From: an uncultured archaeon
Lineage (GTDB): Archaea > Asgardarchaeota > Lokiarchaeia > Sigyniarchaeales > SOKP01
NCBI GenBank assembly: GCA_964508365.1
Contig: CAZDTP010000006.1
Location: 32,001-96,000, forward strand
Length of the DNA stretch: 64,000 bases
Reading direction: 5' to 3'
Shown: piece after piece, positions 11,446 to 21,114 of the stretch
How positions within the stretch are numbered: the stretch's first letter is position 1
Layout: every line of letters starts with the position of its first letter
Notes under the pieces: generated by a model
The model's input: the letters and a program-made list of their open reading frames with translations, nothing else
Told to the model about the DNA's origin: nothing
Database searches by the model: none
Translations under genes and position numbers: made by a program

Positions 11446-11522
11446 AAAGAAACACCAAAAGAATTTAAATTTGCTTGAAGGATAATTAATATATATTATA
11501 ATAAAATTTAGGGATATTTAAA

Positions 11523-13100
11523 ATGACAGAAAACAAGGAAAATATCAAAAAATCCCGTATGTACGCCCGCCAACAATTAATTGACGGTTGGGATCAAGAA
11601 ATTGTAAGTAAAGGTTGTATTATGATTGTTGGTGTGGGAGCCTTAGGTTGCGAAATAGCAAAGGATTTTGCATTAATGGGTATTGGAAAATTAGTTTTAG
11701 TGGACCTTGACACCATTGAAACATCTAATTTGTCCCGTCAGATGTTATTCAAACCGGGGGATGAAGGTCGTCCTAAAGCAGAAGTCGCAGCTGAAAGACT
11801 TAAAGACATGAATCCTTTTTTGAAAGTCGATTTTTATTTTGAAAAACTCCAAAAATTACCAATGTCGGTGTACGAAGAATGCGATGTCATCATTGCCGCT
11901 TTAGATAACTTTAATGCAAGGTTAGATTTGAATAAGATTTGTCTTCGGATGAAAAAACCAATGGTAGAGGGAGGAACAGTAGGATTTGAAGGTCATGTAC
12001 AAATAGTCATTCCTAAAGATTCAGCACTCGAATATAAAAATAGAGAAATTGAAATCGAAAACATTGTAGAAACGAGAATGTGGGAATTTGATAATCCAGA
12101 GTACTTAGATGCACAAAAAGAAATCGAACAACTAGAATATTTGATAGAGCGGTTGAAGCAAGAGAAACTCGAACCATTTAGAAGGTTAGTAAGAAAACAG
12201 GTAGAAGCAGAATTTGATAACAAATATGCAGAGGATGTTTTGAATATAACGCCTTGTTACCGATGTTTAGTCCCGATTCCTCCTGCAGATGATAAGTTGA
12301 TTGCAGCGTGTACTTTAAAAGGGCTTCCAAGAAATAGAAACCATTGCGTTATAAAAGCTGAAGTCATTTTCGAAAAAGAATACGGTTTTAAACCTGATAT
12401 GAATGTTGATGACGATGTGGTAAAATTATTGGCTTTAGCTCAGAAAGAATTGGCAGAATTAAGGAACCGAGTTTTTAATGAAAATGTTCCTGAAGAAAAG
12501 TTAGAAACGCTTACGCCAGAAGAAATTAAAGAGTGGAAAGAAAATATTAAAGAGACTTTCGGAGAAGATTATAAATTTGAAGAAATGGAAAACATCTTAG
12601 GTAATAAAATTGCTGCTATTCAATCAGTAAGTTCTATAATTTCTAGCATTCAATCGCAAGAAGCCTTAAAATTGTTATTTCGATTACATGGAAGAAATAT
12701 TGGTCCACCTATGGATCCTCCTTATGTTAATTATAATGGCGTATATGGCCAATTTGATCATTTAGATATTATCAAACGAGAAGATTGTCTAGCGTGTGGA
12801 GATATTGAAGGTGAAGAAAATGTACAATTAGTCGTTCCTTTTGATGCCGATATAGGTTATATTTTCAAAGCTATGAGAATAATAGGTCATGCTTTAGAAC
12901 CCATTTTATGGATGATTACAAACCCTGTTAATAAAGAAATGTATTGGAATCCTTATATGAGCGGTGAATTTAAAGATCCAACTATAAAACTGACAACACT
13001 AAAAATAAAAAGCAACGATATAATAGCTCTCACTCCACTTGGAAAAGCAAAAGTAGAATCAGAAATTAAAAAATACAATGTGGTTATTACTTTCATGTAA
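11523..13100 (+). CDS. E1 ubiquitin-like activating enzyme, Uba3/Uba2-like
   Basis: VGVGALG, DLDTIETSNLSRQ, LDNFNAR, CYRC/CLAC Zn pairs, catalytic ACTLKGLPRNRNHC (Cys263), and a C-terminal ubiquitin-fold-like domain. Confidence 0.9.
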   Translation: MTENKENIKKSRMYARQQLIDGWDQEIVSKGCIMIVGVGALGCEIAKDFALMGIGKLVLVDLDTIETSNLSRQMLFKPGDEGRPKAEVAAERLKDMNPFLKVDFYFEKLQKLPMSVYEECDVIIAALDNFNARLDLNKICLRMKKPMVEGGTVGFEGHVQIVIPKDSALEYKNREIEIENIVETRMWEFDNPEYLDAQKEIEQLEYLIERLKQEKLEPFRRLVRKQVEAEFDNKYAEDVLNITPCYRCLVPIPPADDKLIAACTLKGLPRNRNHCVIKAEVIFEKEYGFKPDMNVDDDVVKLLALAQKELAELRNRVFNENVPEEKLETLTPEEIKEWKENIKETFGEDYKFEEMENILGNKIAAIQSVSSIISSIQSQEALKLLFRLHGRNIGPPMDPPYVNYNGVYGQFDHLDIIKREDCLACGDIEGEENVQLVVPFDADIGYIFKAMRIIGHALEPILWMITNPVNKEMYWNPYMSGEFKDPTIKLTTLKIKSNDIIALTPLGKAKVESEIKKYNVVITFM

Positions 13101-13129
13101 AAGTTGTTTTTCTTTTATGTTAATTCCAA

Positions 13130-13756
13130 TCATATTCGTGAAAAATTTTTTATTTTTCTTACATGGTTAATAAGAGTGTCGATATGATAAGTCTCTACAC
13201 CTGCATTAGCTCCAGCTAATAAGTCTACTTCTAAATCGCCAAAATAGATTAATTCTTCAGTATTAACTTTGAAATGATCTAAGATTTTCAATAGACCTTC
13301 GGGTTCTGGTTTCCATTTTCTAACATCTTCTCGCCCTACAAAAAATTCAATTTCATCAAGGATTCCTGCCATTTCAAGTGATTTGAAAATAGTTGATCGT
13401 GTGTTTAATGAAAAAACTGCCAACTTAGCGTTATGAAATACTCCAAATAACTCTTTATTATTTATAAAAAAAAGGATCTCTTTAATGGGCTCGTTTCTCG
13501 TTATATTTTCAAGTTCGTATTGCTTTATAAGGTTAAAATTCAATTGAAGTTCTTCTTCATCCCCTTTCTCAACGATTCTAGATAAGATTGCCGACATACT
13601 ACTGTAATTGATAATTTCTCGATACTTTTCAGTAAATCGGGAAGTTAAAACCTTACGTAATGAATGCCAATCTGCAGCCAATCTTACAATAGTACCATCT
13701 AAGTCAAAAACAATAACTTTCTTACCTGTAAATGAGAATGGTATCTTTCTTGTCAT
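13130..13756 (-). CDS. HAD-superfamily hydrolase (phosphoglycolate phosphatase-like)
   Basis: FDLDGT motif I, KPEPEG motif III, GDLEVD motif IV. Confidence 0.88.
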   Translation of the reverse strand: MTRKIPFSFTGKKVIVFDLDGTIVRLAADWHSLRKVLTSRFTEKYREIINYSSMSAILSRIVEKGDEEELQLNFNLIKQYELENITRNEPIKEILFFINNKELFGVFHNAKLAVFSLNTRSTIFKSLEMAGILDEIEFFVGREDVRKWKPEPEGLLKILDHFKVNTEELIYFGDLEVDLLAGANAGVETYHIDTLINHVRKIKNFSRI

Positions 13757-13909
13757 GCGCTCGAAAAAATCTTCTTCTATTAGATATTAAATTCTTAACA
13801 ATTTTTTTTATTTTAATTTATAGCATCTTAAGTTTAACATATTATCTATAGGAAATATAAATTGATGGATAGTCTATAAAAAATAAGGGATAAAAAATTG
13901 TATTTAATC

Positions 13910-14419
13910 CTAATCCATGGCATATTTAGCAGTCCATGACTTAGCTTTTGCTTCAAACTTCTTTTGAGCTCTGAAATATTGCTCGCCCGCCTCGTGGTTA
14001 AGAGGGTCTCCTGGGTTAAAGAAGGGAGGTTCAACATGCATCATACCTTTTAAGGCTTCTGTGATATTAGTTAAGGTTTTTGAAGGTGTCCACCCAGATG
14101 CACCAGTTGAAGCGTCTACCTTGCCAACAAGGTCAGGATTAATCAGATCTAAACATATATTAAGTTTTCCTGGAGGAATGCTGCTATCTATATTAGGGTG
14201 CCACATTAATGTAACTGCGTATGCGTATGGAGGAGCAAATGGATAATTTTCAGGGAATTTGATTTCGAATATGAACTTTCCTTTTCCGTAGGGAGTTCCT
14301 TCCTTTCCTATTATTGTAAGTCGAAGGTGATCGATACTGCGCCCCCATGGTTCGATGATGACATTAGGATCATCCTTGTACGCTTCAATAGCTTCCGTAT
14401 AATCGGTTTCTTCTCGCAT
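13910..14419 (-). CDS. E2 ubiquitin-conjugating (UBC) enzyme
   Basis: GTPYGKGKF, FPENYPFAPP, HPNI, ICLDLI (Cys89), WTP, PGDPLNHEA and AKSWTAKYA match the UBC consensus. Confidence 0.92.
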   Translation of the reverse strand: MREETDYTEAIEAYKDDPNVIIEPWGRSIDHLRLTIIGKEGTPYGKGKFIFEIKFPENYPFAPPYAYAVTLMWHPNIDSSIPPGKLNICLDLINPDLVGKVDASTGASGWTPSKTLTNITEALKGMMHVEPPFFNPGDPLNHEAGEQYFRAQKKFEAKAKSWTAKYAMD

Positions 14420-14654
14420 TAAATTTCACTTCTGTTTTGAATTTTTTAAATTATATTAAATATTAGTTAGGGTTTTCTTTAAAAAAATTTGTGCTATTTT
14501 AGATTTTTATTATAAATAGAATATATTGCAAAAACTACCAAGATTGAAAAGATTTATTTTTGTAAATTATTAATTCCCTTCATTCATACAACATCTAAAA
14601 GAAAATCGTAAAAATTATATTACTACATTAATTAAAAAATATATCGAAACTTTA

Positions 14655-14806
14655 CCCCCCTTAGCTCAGTTGGTCAGAGCGCGCGGCTGTAGATCAATAT
14701 CGCATACTAAGGTTTTTACCTATGAAGTATTGTCAGCCGATACCGTGAGGTCCTCGGCTCAAATGGATTTTCCGTTTAGGATATTATGGGTATCCGAGAG
14801 GGGGGA
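14655..14806 (+). tRNA. tRNA-Tyr(GUA) with two introns (37/38 and 59/60)
   Basis: Acceptor CCCCCCT/AGGGGGG, D-arm GCTC/GAGC, anticodon arm CGCGG-CTGTAGA-CCGTG, T-stem CTCGG/CCGAG. Intron 1 is about 14693-14741 and intron 2 is 14764-14792. CCA is not encoded. Confidence 0.9.
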
Positions 14807-14818
14807 CTATTTTTTTTT

Positions 14819-16789
14819 CTATATATTACTTTTAATCTTCCTTCTATGGTTAACTATTACAAAACCACTTAAAATTAAAATAAGCATTAGAAAGAGCGCC
14901 AATTCATAACCAGGTATAGCTTGATCGCCATTTTGAACTAATGAGTCCAATGATAGATGAAATTCATCCTCTAATTGAACCAGAACATAATTACTATAAA
15001 TTAAGCTTACTCGATGAGGTTGCTTTGAAATGTTAAAAAACAATTCGGTTGTTCCATTAATCCAGACTGTTTGACTAAAAATCAAAGAATTTGAGGCATC
15101 ATATACGTATAAAGGAACTTGTTGGGAGTAATTATACTCGTTCAGAGGCTCGTTTAAATCTACAATAACTATATTTAAATTCTGAGTTTCAGAATTGTAA
15201 ATGTTTTTTGTAATTGAATATTTTGGAAGTAAGAGATTATCGAACCAGGGGAAGAAAAACCAATCTAACGACATTCCTACTACATCCTCGAATGCCTGCT
15301 GTATATCTGATAATATGACGATCTCAAATTGGTGTCTCTCAAAATATAACTTTAAACCTTCTAAAAAGGCTGTAAGTCCTATAGTTTGGCGTAACTTTTC
15401 AAAAATTAGCGGTGCTTTATGATAGGCGACATAGTAATAATCAGTATCTGTAGCTATACATTCGTAAATTGTTTGATTTATTTTTGAACTAAACCCATTA
15501 TTTGCATAGTAAACTCTTACTTCATCAATATAGCGCGTATATTGGAAATATTCCCAATCTCCATGATAATACTCTCCGTAGTAATCAGTTGACCAACAAG
15601 TTAACCCTTCGTCTAAAAATCCTACATCTATTTCGTCGTTTCCAACTAAGTTATACCACCACTGATGGCATATTTCGTGAGCAATTATTTTTTCTAAAAG
15701 CCTTCGTTCTACATCGAGAGGATACCCCCAGCTAGCTATTGATTCCGAAATGTACACTTGATTGGGGTATTCCATACCTCCAAAATCCGTGTATTCTTCT
15801 ACGACATTAAGTGTCGGGTAAGGATATAATCCAAAAGAATTGTTATAAAGAATTAAGGCATTTTCAGCGTGATTTAAGGCAGAATTGTTCCATAGATATT
15901 CATCTTTTAGAAGAAAATAGGTTGAAACATTTACACCATTTAAAATTTTTGATTGTACTTGAAAATACCGCGAAGCTGAAAAAGTGACTTCCCGTACAGG
16001 ATAAATAGGATTAAAGTGATAACATGTAGTTGCGCCGCTTTCTAATTTTTCTTCTAAGTTTCCGGTAGCTGCAATTATCAATTCGTTAGGGGCGTTAATA
16101 AATAAGTTATAATAAGCCATATCAAAATAAAATGGATCACCCGTAGTCAAATAAGAATCAGTGTTCCAACCGTCTTCACTATCATAAACGCAAGGTATAG
16201 GATAAAAACTCGCAAACTTATAAATCCTCGATTGGTCGTAAACGCTTCCGTGAGAATTTGCTCTATCAATTCCTCCATCTGGAAGGGTTGCGTTAAATTG
16301 AATTATAAATTCGGTTCTTTTTTGAGGTTCTAAATTTGTAGTTAGGTTTACCCACATAATTTGCTGATTTGAATATACCTCAAACGGGATTGCTATATTT
16401 GGGTTATCTAAATCTGTAACATTTACAATTTCAATGAGACCAGGTCTTATATCGTAGTACATTCCTGATAAATAAATGTGAAAAGGAATTCTTGTATAGT
16501 TTACGCTATCGTCATTATAGAAATTCACCGTCAAATTTCCTTCAATAGAAGAGCTTGCTTCGTCCATGATTACAGATAAATTATAACGAGAGAAATTCCC
16601 GCTGATTTGAGCTAATTTTGGATAATCTTTAACCTTCTCAACAATTTCATCTCCCAAACTAGAGATAAAATTATTCTTTTGGAATTTAAAAGGGAAGATA
16701 TAAACGGAAGTGAAAACGCAATTTATTAAGAAAATACCTATTAAAACACAAGTAAATTTATGATATTTCTTTTTCATGTTTCTAATCAA
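14819..16789 (-). CDS. M1-family zinc aminopeptidase, exported, with Loki-CTERM-like anchor
   Basis: GGMEY and HEICH-18x-E (LDEG) gluzincin motifs; N-terminal signal/TM; C-terminal IPGY + TM + basic tail. Confidence 0.87.
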   Translation of the reverse strand: MIRNMKKKYHKFTCVLIGIFLINCVFTSVYIFPFKFQKNNFISSLGDEIVEKVKDYPKLAQISGNFSRYNLSVIMDEASSSIEGNLTVNFYNDDSVNYTRIPFHIYLSGMYYDIRPGLIEIVNVTDLDNPNIAIPFEVYSNQQIMWVNLTTNLEPQKRTEFIIQFNATLPDGGIDRANSHGSVYDQSRIYKFASFYPIPCVYDSEDGWNTDSYLTTGDPFYFDMAYYNLFINAPNELIIAATGNLEEKLESGATTCYHFNPIYPVREVTFSASRYFQVQSKILNGVNVSTYFLLKDEYLWNNSALNHAENALILYNNSFGLYPYPTLNVVEEYTDFGGMEYPNQVYISESIASWGYPLDVERRLLEKIIAHEICHQWWYNLVGNDEIDVGFLDEGLTCWSTDYYGEYYHGDWEYFQYTRYIDEVRVYYANNGFSSKINQTIYECIATDTDYYYVAYHKAPLIFEKLRQTIGLTAFLEGLKLYFERHQFEIVILSDIQQAFEDVVGMSLDWFFFPWFDNLLLPKYSITKNIYNSETQNLNIVIVDLNEPLNEYNYSQQVPLYVYDASNSLIFSQTVWINGTTELFFNISKQPHRVSLIYSNYVLVQLEDEFHLSLDSLVQNGDQAIPGYELALFLMLILILSGFVIVNHRRKIKSNI

Positions 16790-16913
16790 ACAAGTTATTA
16801 CAAAAAGTTAAAGTAACGTATCTTGATAAATATTTTTACAAACTTCTACTAACTTGATAAAATTCTTATTTTGATTAGCATTATTTTTCATTAGAAATAG
16901 TTTGATTTTTTGA

Positions 16914-17840
16914 TTGAGAGCAATGAAAAAGAAAAGAACTGCTGTTGTTGGTGCTGGTTGGTTTGGTAAGGCACATATAAGAAACTTTCATGACCTTTCA
17001 GAGCTTGTTGGAATATGTGATACTAACGAATCTAAAATAGAACCATTAGCAAAACAATACGATGGAGTAAATGTTTATACTAATGTAGATGACTTGATTA
17101 AAAACGAATCCATAGACGCAGCAAGTATAGTTACACCACCCAAATACATTCCAGAAATCGCTAAGAAATTTGCTGATGCGGGTATCGATATTTTAATGGA
17201 AAAACCTATGGCGCTTAAGTTAGAGGATTTAATCCCTTTTAAGGATTACGATAATATAAGAATAATGCCGGGTTTTATTGAACTTTTTAATCCGGTTGTT
17301 GATAAACTATTAAACCATCTTGACGAGATTGGTGAGATTATCTCAATTGCTTCTAAACGCGTTGGTTTGTATCCTAAGAGAGATTGGGATATGGGAGTAA
17401 TTCTGGATTTGTCAATCCACGACATTTATCTTCAAGAAAAAATTATGAGTAAGAACGAGATTGTAAATGCTTTTGGGTTAAAAAAATGTTATAAAGATAA
17501 TATTCATGCTGATGCGGCATTCATTATTTTAGATTTTGGCACGGTTATCGGTCAAATTGAATCGAATTGGTTGACTCCATCGAAATTCAGAAGAATTTAT
17601 GTTAATGGGGAATTTGGGGGTATATCCGCTGATTTCATCACTCAACAAGTAAATATACGAACAGGAATAGATTTGCAGGGAGAATATCCAATCACTAAAG
17701 ATACTTCGTTTACACCCTTAAGAGGAGACGAACCTTTAAAGAGAGAGATTAATAATTTTCTTTACGATAAAGAACAGGATGTTACCCTCGACGATGGTAT
17801 AAGAGCATTAGACATTGCTTTAAAAATAGTAAATTCTTAA
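16914..17840 (+). CDS. Gfo/Idh/MocA-family oxidoreductase (UDP-sugar dehydrogenase-like)
   Basis: VGAGWFG Rossmann motif, EKPMA, DLSIHD, NWLTP. The likely start is ATG 16923. Confidence 0.87.
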   Translation: MRAMKKKRTAVVGAGWFGKAHIRNFHDLSELVGICDTNESKIEPLAKQYDGVNVYTNVDDLIKNESIDAASIVTPPKYIPEIAKKFADAGIDILMEKPMALKLEDLIPFKDYDNIRIMPGFIELFNPVVDKLLNHLDEIGEIISIASKRVGLYPKRDWDMGVILDLSIHDIYLQEKIMSKNEIVNAFGLKKCYKDNIHADAAFIILDFGTVIGQIESNWLTPSKFRRIYVNGEFGGISADFITQQVNIRTGIDLQGEYPITKDTSFTPLRGDEPLKREINNFLYDKEQDVTLDDGIRALDIALKIVNS

Positions 17841-17872
17841 TTTTATAGTAAATACAAAATAATTAGGTTGTA

Positions 17873-18304
17873 ATGATGGATGAGTCTAATAAGGATCAAG
17901 AACAGCACGAATTAGAAAAATTACGTATGAAAAAAATGAAAGCGCTTATGGAGGCTCAAAAGAGGCAGCAAGCAAGCCAAGAGAGAGTTGTATCAATTAA
18001 TGATAAAATTATCTATGTATTAAGAGTTGTCCTAGCAACAGATGCTTTTTCTTACTTAGAAAAAATAAGGACGAACGAACCAATGGTATATCAGGCAATA
18101 TACAACGAACTAGTGAGTCCAGATGTTATATCCAATATAGATTATTTAATTTCCATTATCAATAGGCAAGGTGGCATACCTAGAAAGATTCCTTTGGATG
18201 CGATTATCTATTTAGAACGAAAGATTAAAGGAGTTAAAGGAAAGATTCAAGTTAAAAAGGGTAATGGCGAGATGATGGATTTAGGATCTTTTTTGAAGAA
18301 ATAG
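17873..18304 (+). CDS. PDCD5/TFAR19-like DNA-binding protein
   Basis: ELEKLRMKKM...LRVVLATDAFSYLEKIR resembles the PDCD5 pattern ELxxLR...ILxQILxxEARxRL. Confidence 0.55.
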   Translation: MMDESNKDQEQHELEKLRMKKMKALMEAQKRQQASQERVVSINDKIIYVLRVVLATDAFSYLEKIRTNEPMVYQAIYNELVSPDVISNIDYLISIINRQGGIPRKIPLDAIIYLERKIKGVKGKIQVKKGNGEMMDLGSFLKK

Positions 18305-18370
18305 TCTGCTTTTCTTCTATAATAGGATAAGATTTTAATTTTTTAGAGCAGTTATTAGTCGGTAATGAAT

Positions 18371-18925
18371 CTATTGCTCTCTGGCTGAAATTATCGCATT
18401 TACTTCCCATTCACCATTATTCATAGGATTAGCATCAATACTCGAAAACTGAAATGCGAATGGACGCTTAAATATTTGCTCAATCATAGGGCTGAATGAA
18501 CTAACAGCGAAAATTAATATTCTCTTTAAAATACTCTCAACTTTAGTATCTATTTTGCATTCTTTTAGGACTTCCTCAACAATATTAATCTCTGCTAAGT
18601 TATAATGATATTGATAGACCAATTTAAAATCGACCGGCGTTGGTGCTTCAGGATAAGCCATAGTTAAACCCCTCTTTCTGAAAGGAAAGAGCGTATTCAG
18701 ATAAAAGGTAAATATCTCGTCGTAATGATCCCTAAGTAAGTAGGAAATTCTAGATCCTTCTTTGTATTCTGGCCAATATGTTTGCATTAACTCAATTAGT
18801 CGAGGATAATTTTTGTATTTGTTTTGGCTTTCTTTTTGCAAATAGTATAGTAATCTGTTTTTCAGCGGTTTGAATTCGTTGTCTTTCGCTACTCTTTCCA
18901 CGAATTTTCTAAATCTTAGGCTCAT
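18371..18925 (-). CDS. hypothetical protein
   Basis: 184-aa ATG ORF filling the gap between genes; no motif recognised. Confidence 0.7.
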   Translation of the reverse strand: MSLRFRKFVERVAKDNEFKPLKNRLLYYLQKESQNKYKNYPRLIELMQTYWPEYKEGSRISYLLRDHYDEIFTFYLNTLFPFRKRGLTMAYPEAPTPVDFKLVYQYHYNLAEINIVEEVLKECKIDTKVESILKRILIFAVSSFSPMIEQIFKRPFAFQFSSIDANPMNNGEWEVNAIISAREQ

Positions 18926-19106
18926 GTTTAATAGAGGAGGAATAGGTTATTAAGTACTTTACTATAAAATCTTTATTTTTTTATATGATACTCATATATT
19001 ATAATCTTATGTATTCTGTAAGGACTTTCTCATAAAACATTTGTGAAATATTTTTATTAATTATTCTTGGTAAAAATAAATAGTTGGTTAAATTCATAAT
19101 AGTATC

Positions 19107-20312
19107 ATGTTCAACAAAGTTGCTTTAGTGTATACTGACCAGTACGATAGATACGATTTTGGACCAAATCACCCGTTACGTCCATTAAGGTTGAAACTAA
19201 CCTATGAACTTATGGAAAAACTAAATCTCCTGAGTCATGAAAGGCTGGTAATAAAAGAACCAATAATAGCAACTAGAGAACAAATAGAACAAGCACACGA
19301 TCCTGAATATGTTGAAGTTGTTAAAATATTGAGTGCCAATCCTGAAGATAGAAAAATTCAACCCTATAGATATGGTTTAGGTCCAGGTGACAATCCCATA
19401 TTTAGAGGAATGTATGAAGCTTCCGCTCTTGTATGCGGAGCAAGCATCGTAGCTGCAGATTCAGTTTGGAAGAACGATGATATTATAATTGCTTTTAATC
19501 CTGCTGGAGGATTACACCATGCTCAAAAAAAAAGTGCTTCAGGGTTTTGTATTTTCAACGATATCGCGGTTGCGATACATCACCTAAAGCAATTAAAAAA
19601 AGACATTAAAATAGCGTATCTAGACATCGATTGTCATCATGGTGATGGTGTGCAATGGTTATTTTACGACGATCCGAATGTTTTAACCATTTCTTTTCAT
19701 GAAAGTGGAAAGTTTTTATTTCCCGGCACAGGAAGCACAAATGAGATTGGTGAGGGACTGGGAAAAGGATTTTCATTAAATTTTCCTTTACTCCCCGAAA
19801 CCAATAATAGAATGTTTGTAAAACTATTTAGATATTGTGTGCCTAGAATTTTAGATGCATATTCTCCCGATTTGTTATTTACTCAACTCGGCGTTGATAT
19901 GCACTTCAATGATCCGTTAACTCAAATGGGACTTTCTATATCGGCATACAAGGATATTGCTCAAACCCTTTATACTTGTGCTCATGATTATTGTAATAAT
20001 AGATGGGTCGCGGTAGGGGGAGGGGGTTATCTCATGACGGTCGTTCCAAGAGCTTGGAGCATAATCCTTGCGAGGATGCTAGATGTAAAATTAAAAAATG
20101 AATTACCTAACGATTGGATAGAACAAGTTAAGAAAGAAGTTCCGAATGAGGAAACACCTTATTTATTATGGGATCGCGATGATAAATCGGAGGTCCAGCT
20201 CCTTTCTCATCCAGAAATAGCAAAAAAAATGATTGATTATAATAACGATTTAAAAAACCTATGCGATAACGAATATTTACCTAATATTTCACAAAAGATA
20301 AAAGAAAGTTAA
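19107..20312 (+). CDS. zinc-dependent deacetylase, AcuC/class I HDAC family
   Basis: HPLRPLR, GDNP, GGLHHA, SGFCIFND, DIDCHHGDG, SFHE, FPGTG, QLGVDMH and GGGGY motifs. Confidence 0.92.
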   Translation: MFNKVALVYTDQYDRYDFGPNHPLRPLRLKLTYELMEKLNLLSHERLVIKEPIIATREQIEQAHDPEYVEVVKILSANPEDRKIQPYRYGLGPGDNPIFRGMYEASALVCGASIVAADSVWKNDDIIIAFNPAGGLHHAQKKSASGFCIFNDIAVAIHHLKQLKKDIKIAYLDIDCHHGDGVQWLFYDDPNVLTISFHESGKFLFPGTGSTNEIGEGLGKGFSLNFPLLPETNNRMFVKLFRYCVPRILDAYSPDLLFTQLGVDMHFNDPLTQMGLSISAYKDIAQTLYTCAHDYCNNRWVAVGGGGYLMTVVPRAWSIILARMLDVKLKNELPNDWIEQVKKEVPNEETPYLLWDRDDKSEVQLLSHPEIAKKMIDYNNDLKNLCDNEYLPNISQKIKES

Positions 20313-21031
20313 TTGTTAGGGATATTATTTTTTTTAAGAATCCAGTTATCAATTGTAAAGTTTTGAGAGATATCGTTTGAAGAATTGTAATTTGATCGGA
20401 TTACCGATTTGGGTATCCAGATTTCTTTATCGTTATTAAATTGGATAAGTAATGCTTTTTCTGTTTCTCCCTCTATAACTCCCTTAATTTGACTTACTTC
20501 GTTTTCATTAAGTTCGATGGATTGTTTAATGATAGGTAATGCCGTAGCGTCATTATCATGATTCTTTTGTTCATTATCTTTTAGACCATTAACACTAGAT
20601 TTTTCGGAGTTTAGTTTTACTACCGTAGCATACTCTATTTTTTCTTTCAAAATATGCCTTAATAATAGCCGGAAAATCTCAGTTTGAGCAAAGTTCAACA
20701 TTTTAGAATAATTACCAATATAAATCAGAAGTTTTTTCTTAGCCTCATCTTCCCATTTGAAAGATATCTGAGTCTTCACTTCATTAAAATTATGATAGCT
20801 AGACCAGGAATCAGAATTTCTTTGTAGTACCTCAAGAATCATAATTATTTCGTCTAAATTGCATTTTATCGTCTTTCCTTCTCCTAAAGATGGTTTTTCC
20901 CACGAACCATCTGGTTTTTTCTTAATACACTTCAAATATATAAACGAATCCGATTTTGAAGAGCTAAGAAGTGTGAGTCCTGTTGATTGTCCAAAAAAGC
21001 TTTGACTGTGTTTATCTACCATTTTTATCAA
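20309..21031 (-). CDS. hypothetical protein, possible Whirly/PC4-like ssDNA-binding N-terminus plus small C-terminal beta domain
   Basis: Two apparent beta-strand/helix repeats at the N-terminus; ETEKALLIQF...EIWIPKSVI at the C-terminus. Fold call is inference. Confidence 0.5.
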   Translation of the reverse strand: MIKMVDKHSQSFFGQSTGLTLLSSSKSDSFIYLKCIKKKPDGSWEKPSLGEGKTIKCNLDEIIMILEVLQRNSDSWSSYHNFNEVKTQISFKWEDEAKKKLLIYIGNYSKMLNFAQTEIFRLLLRHILKEKIEYATVVKLNSEKSSVNGLKDNEQKNHDNDATALPIIKQSIELNENEVSQIKGVIEGETEKALLIQFNNDKEIWIPKSVIRSNYNSSNDISQNFTIDNWILKKNNIPNN

Positions 21032-21114
21032 TTTTTTATAGTTAATTTTACTTTTTTACTGAATACAGTTATTTGGATTTTTAATATTCTAATTATATTT
21101 AAAGGAAAATTTTG

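Noticed and set aside
14670-14909. 79-aa plus-strand ORF
   Set aside because: It overlaps the tRNA-Tyr gene and the end of the M1 peptidase, so it is a shadow ORF.
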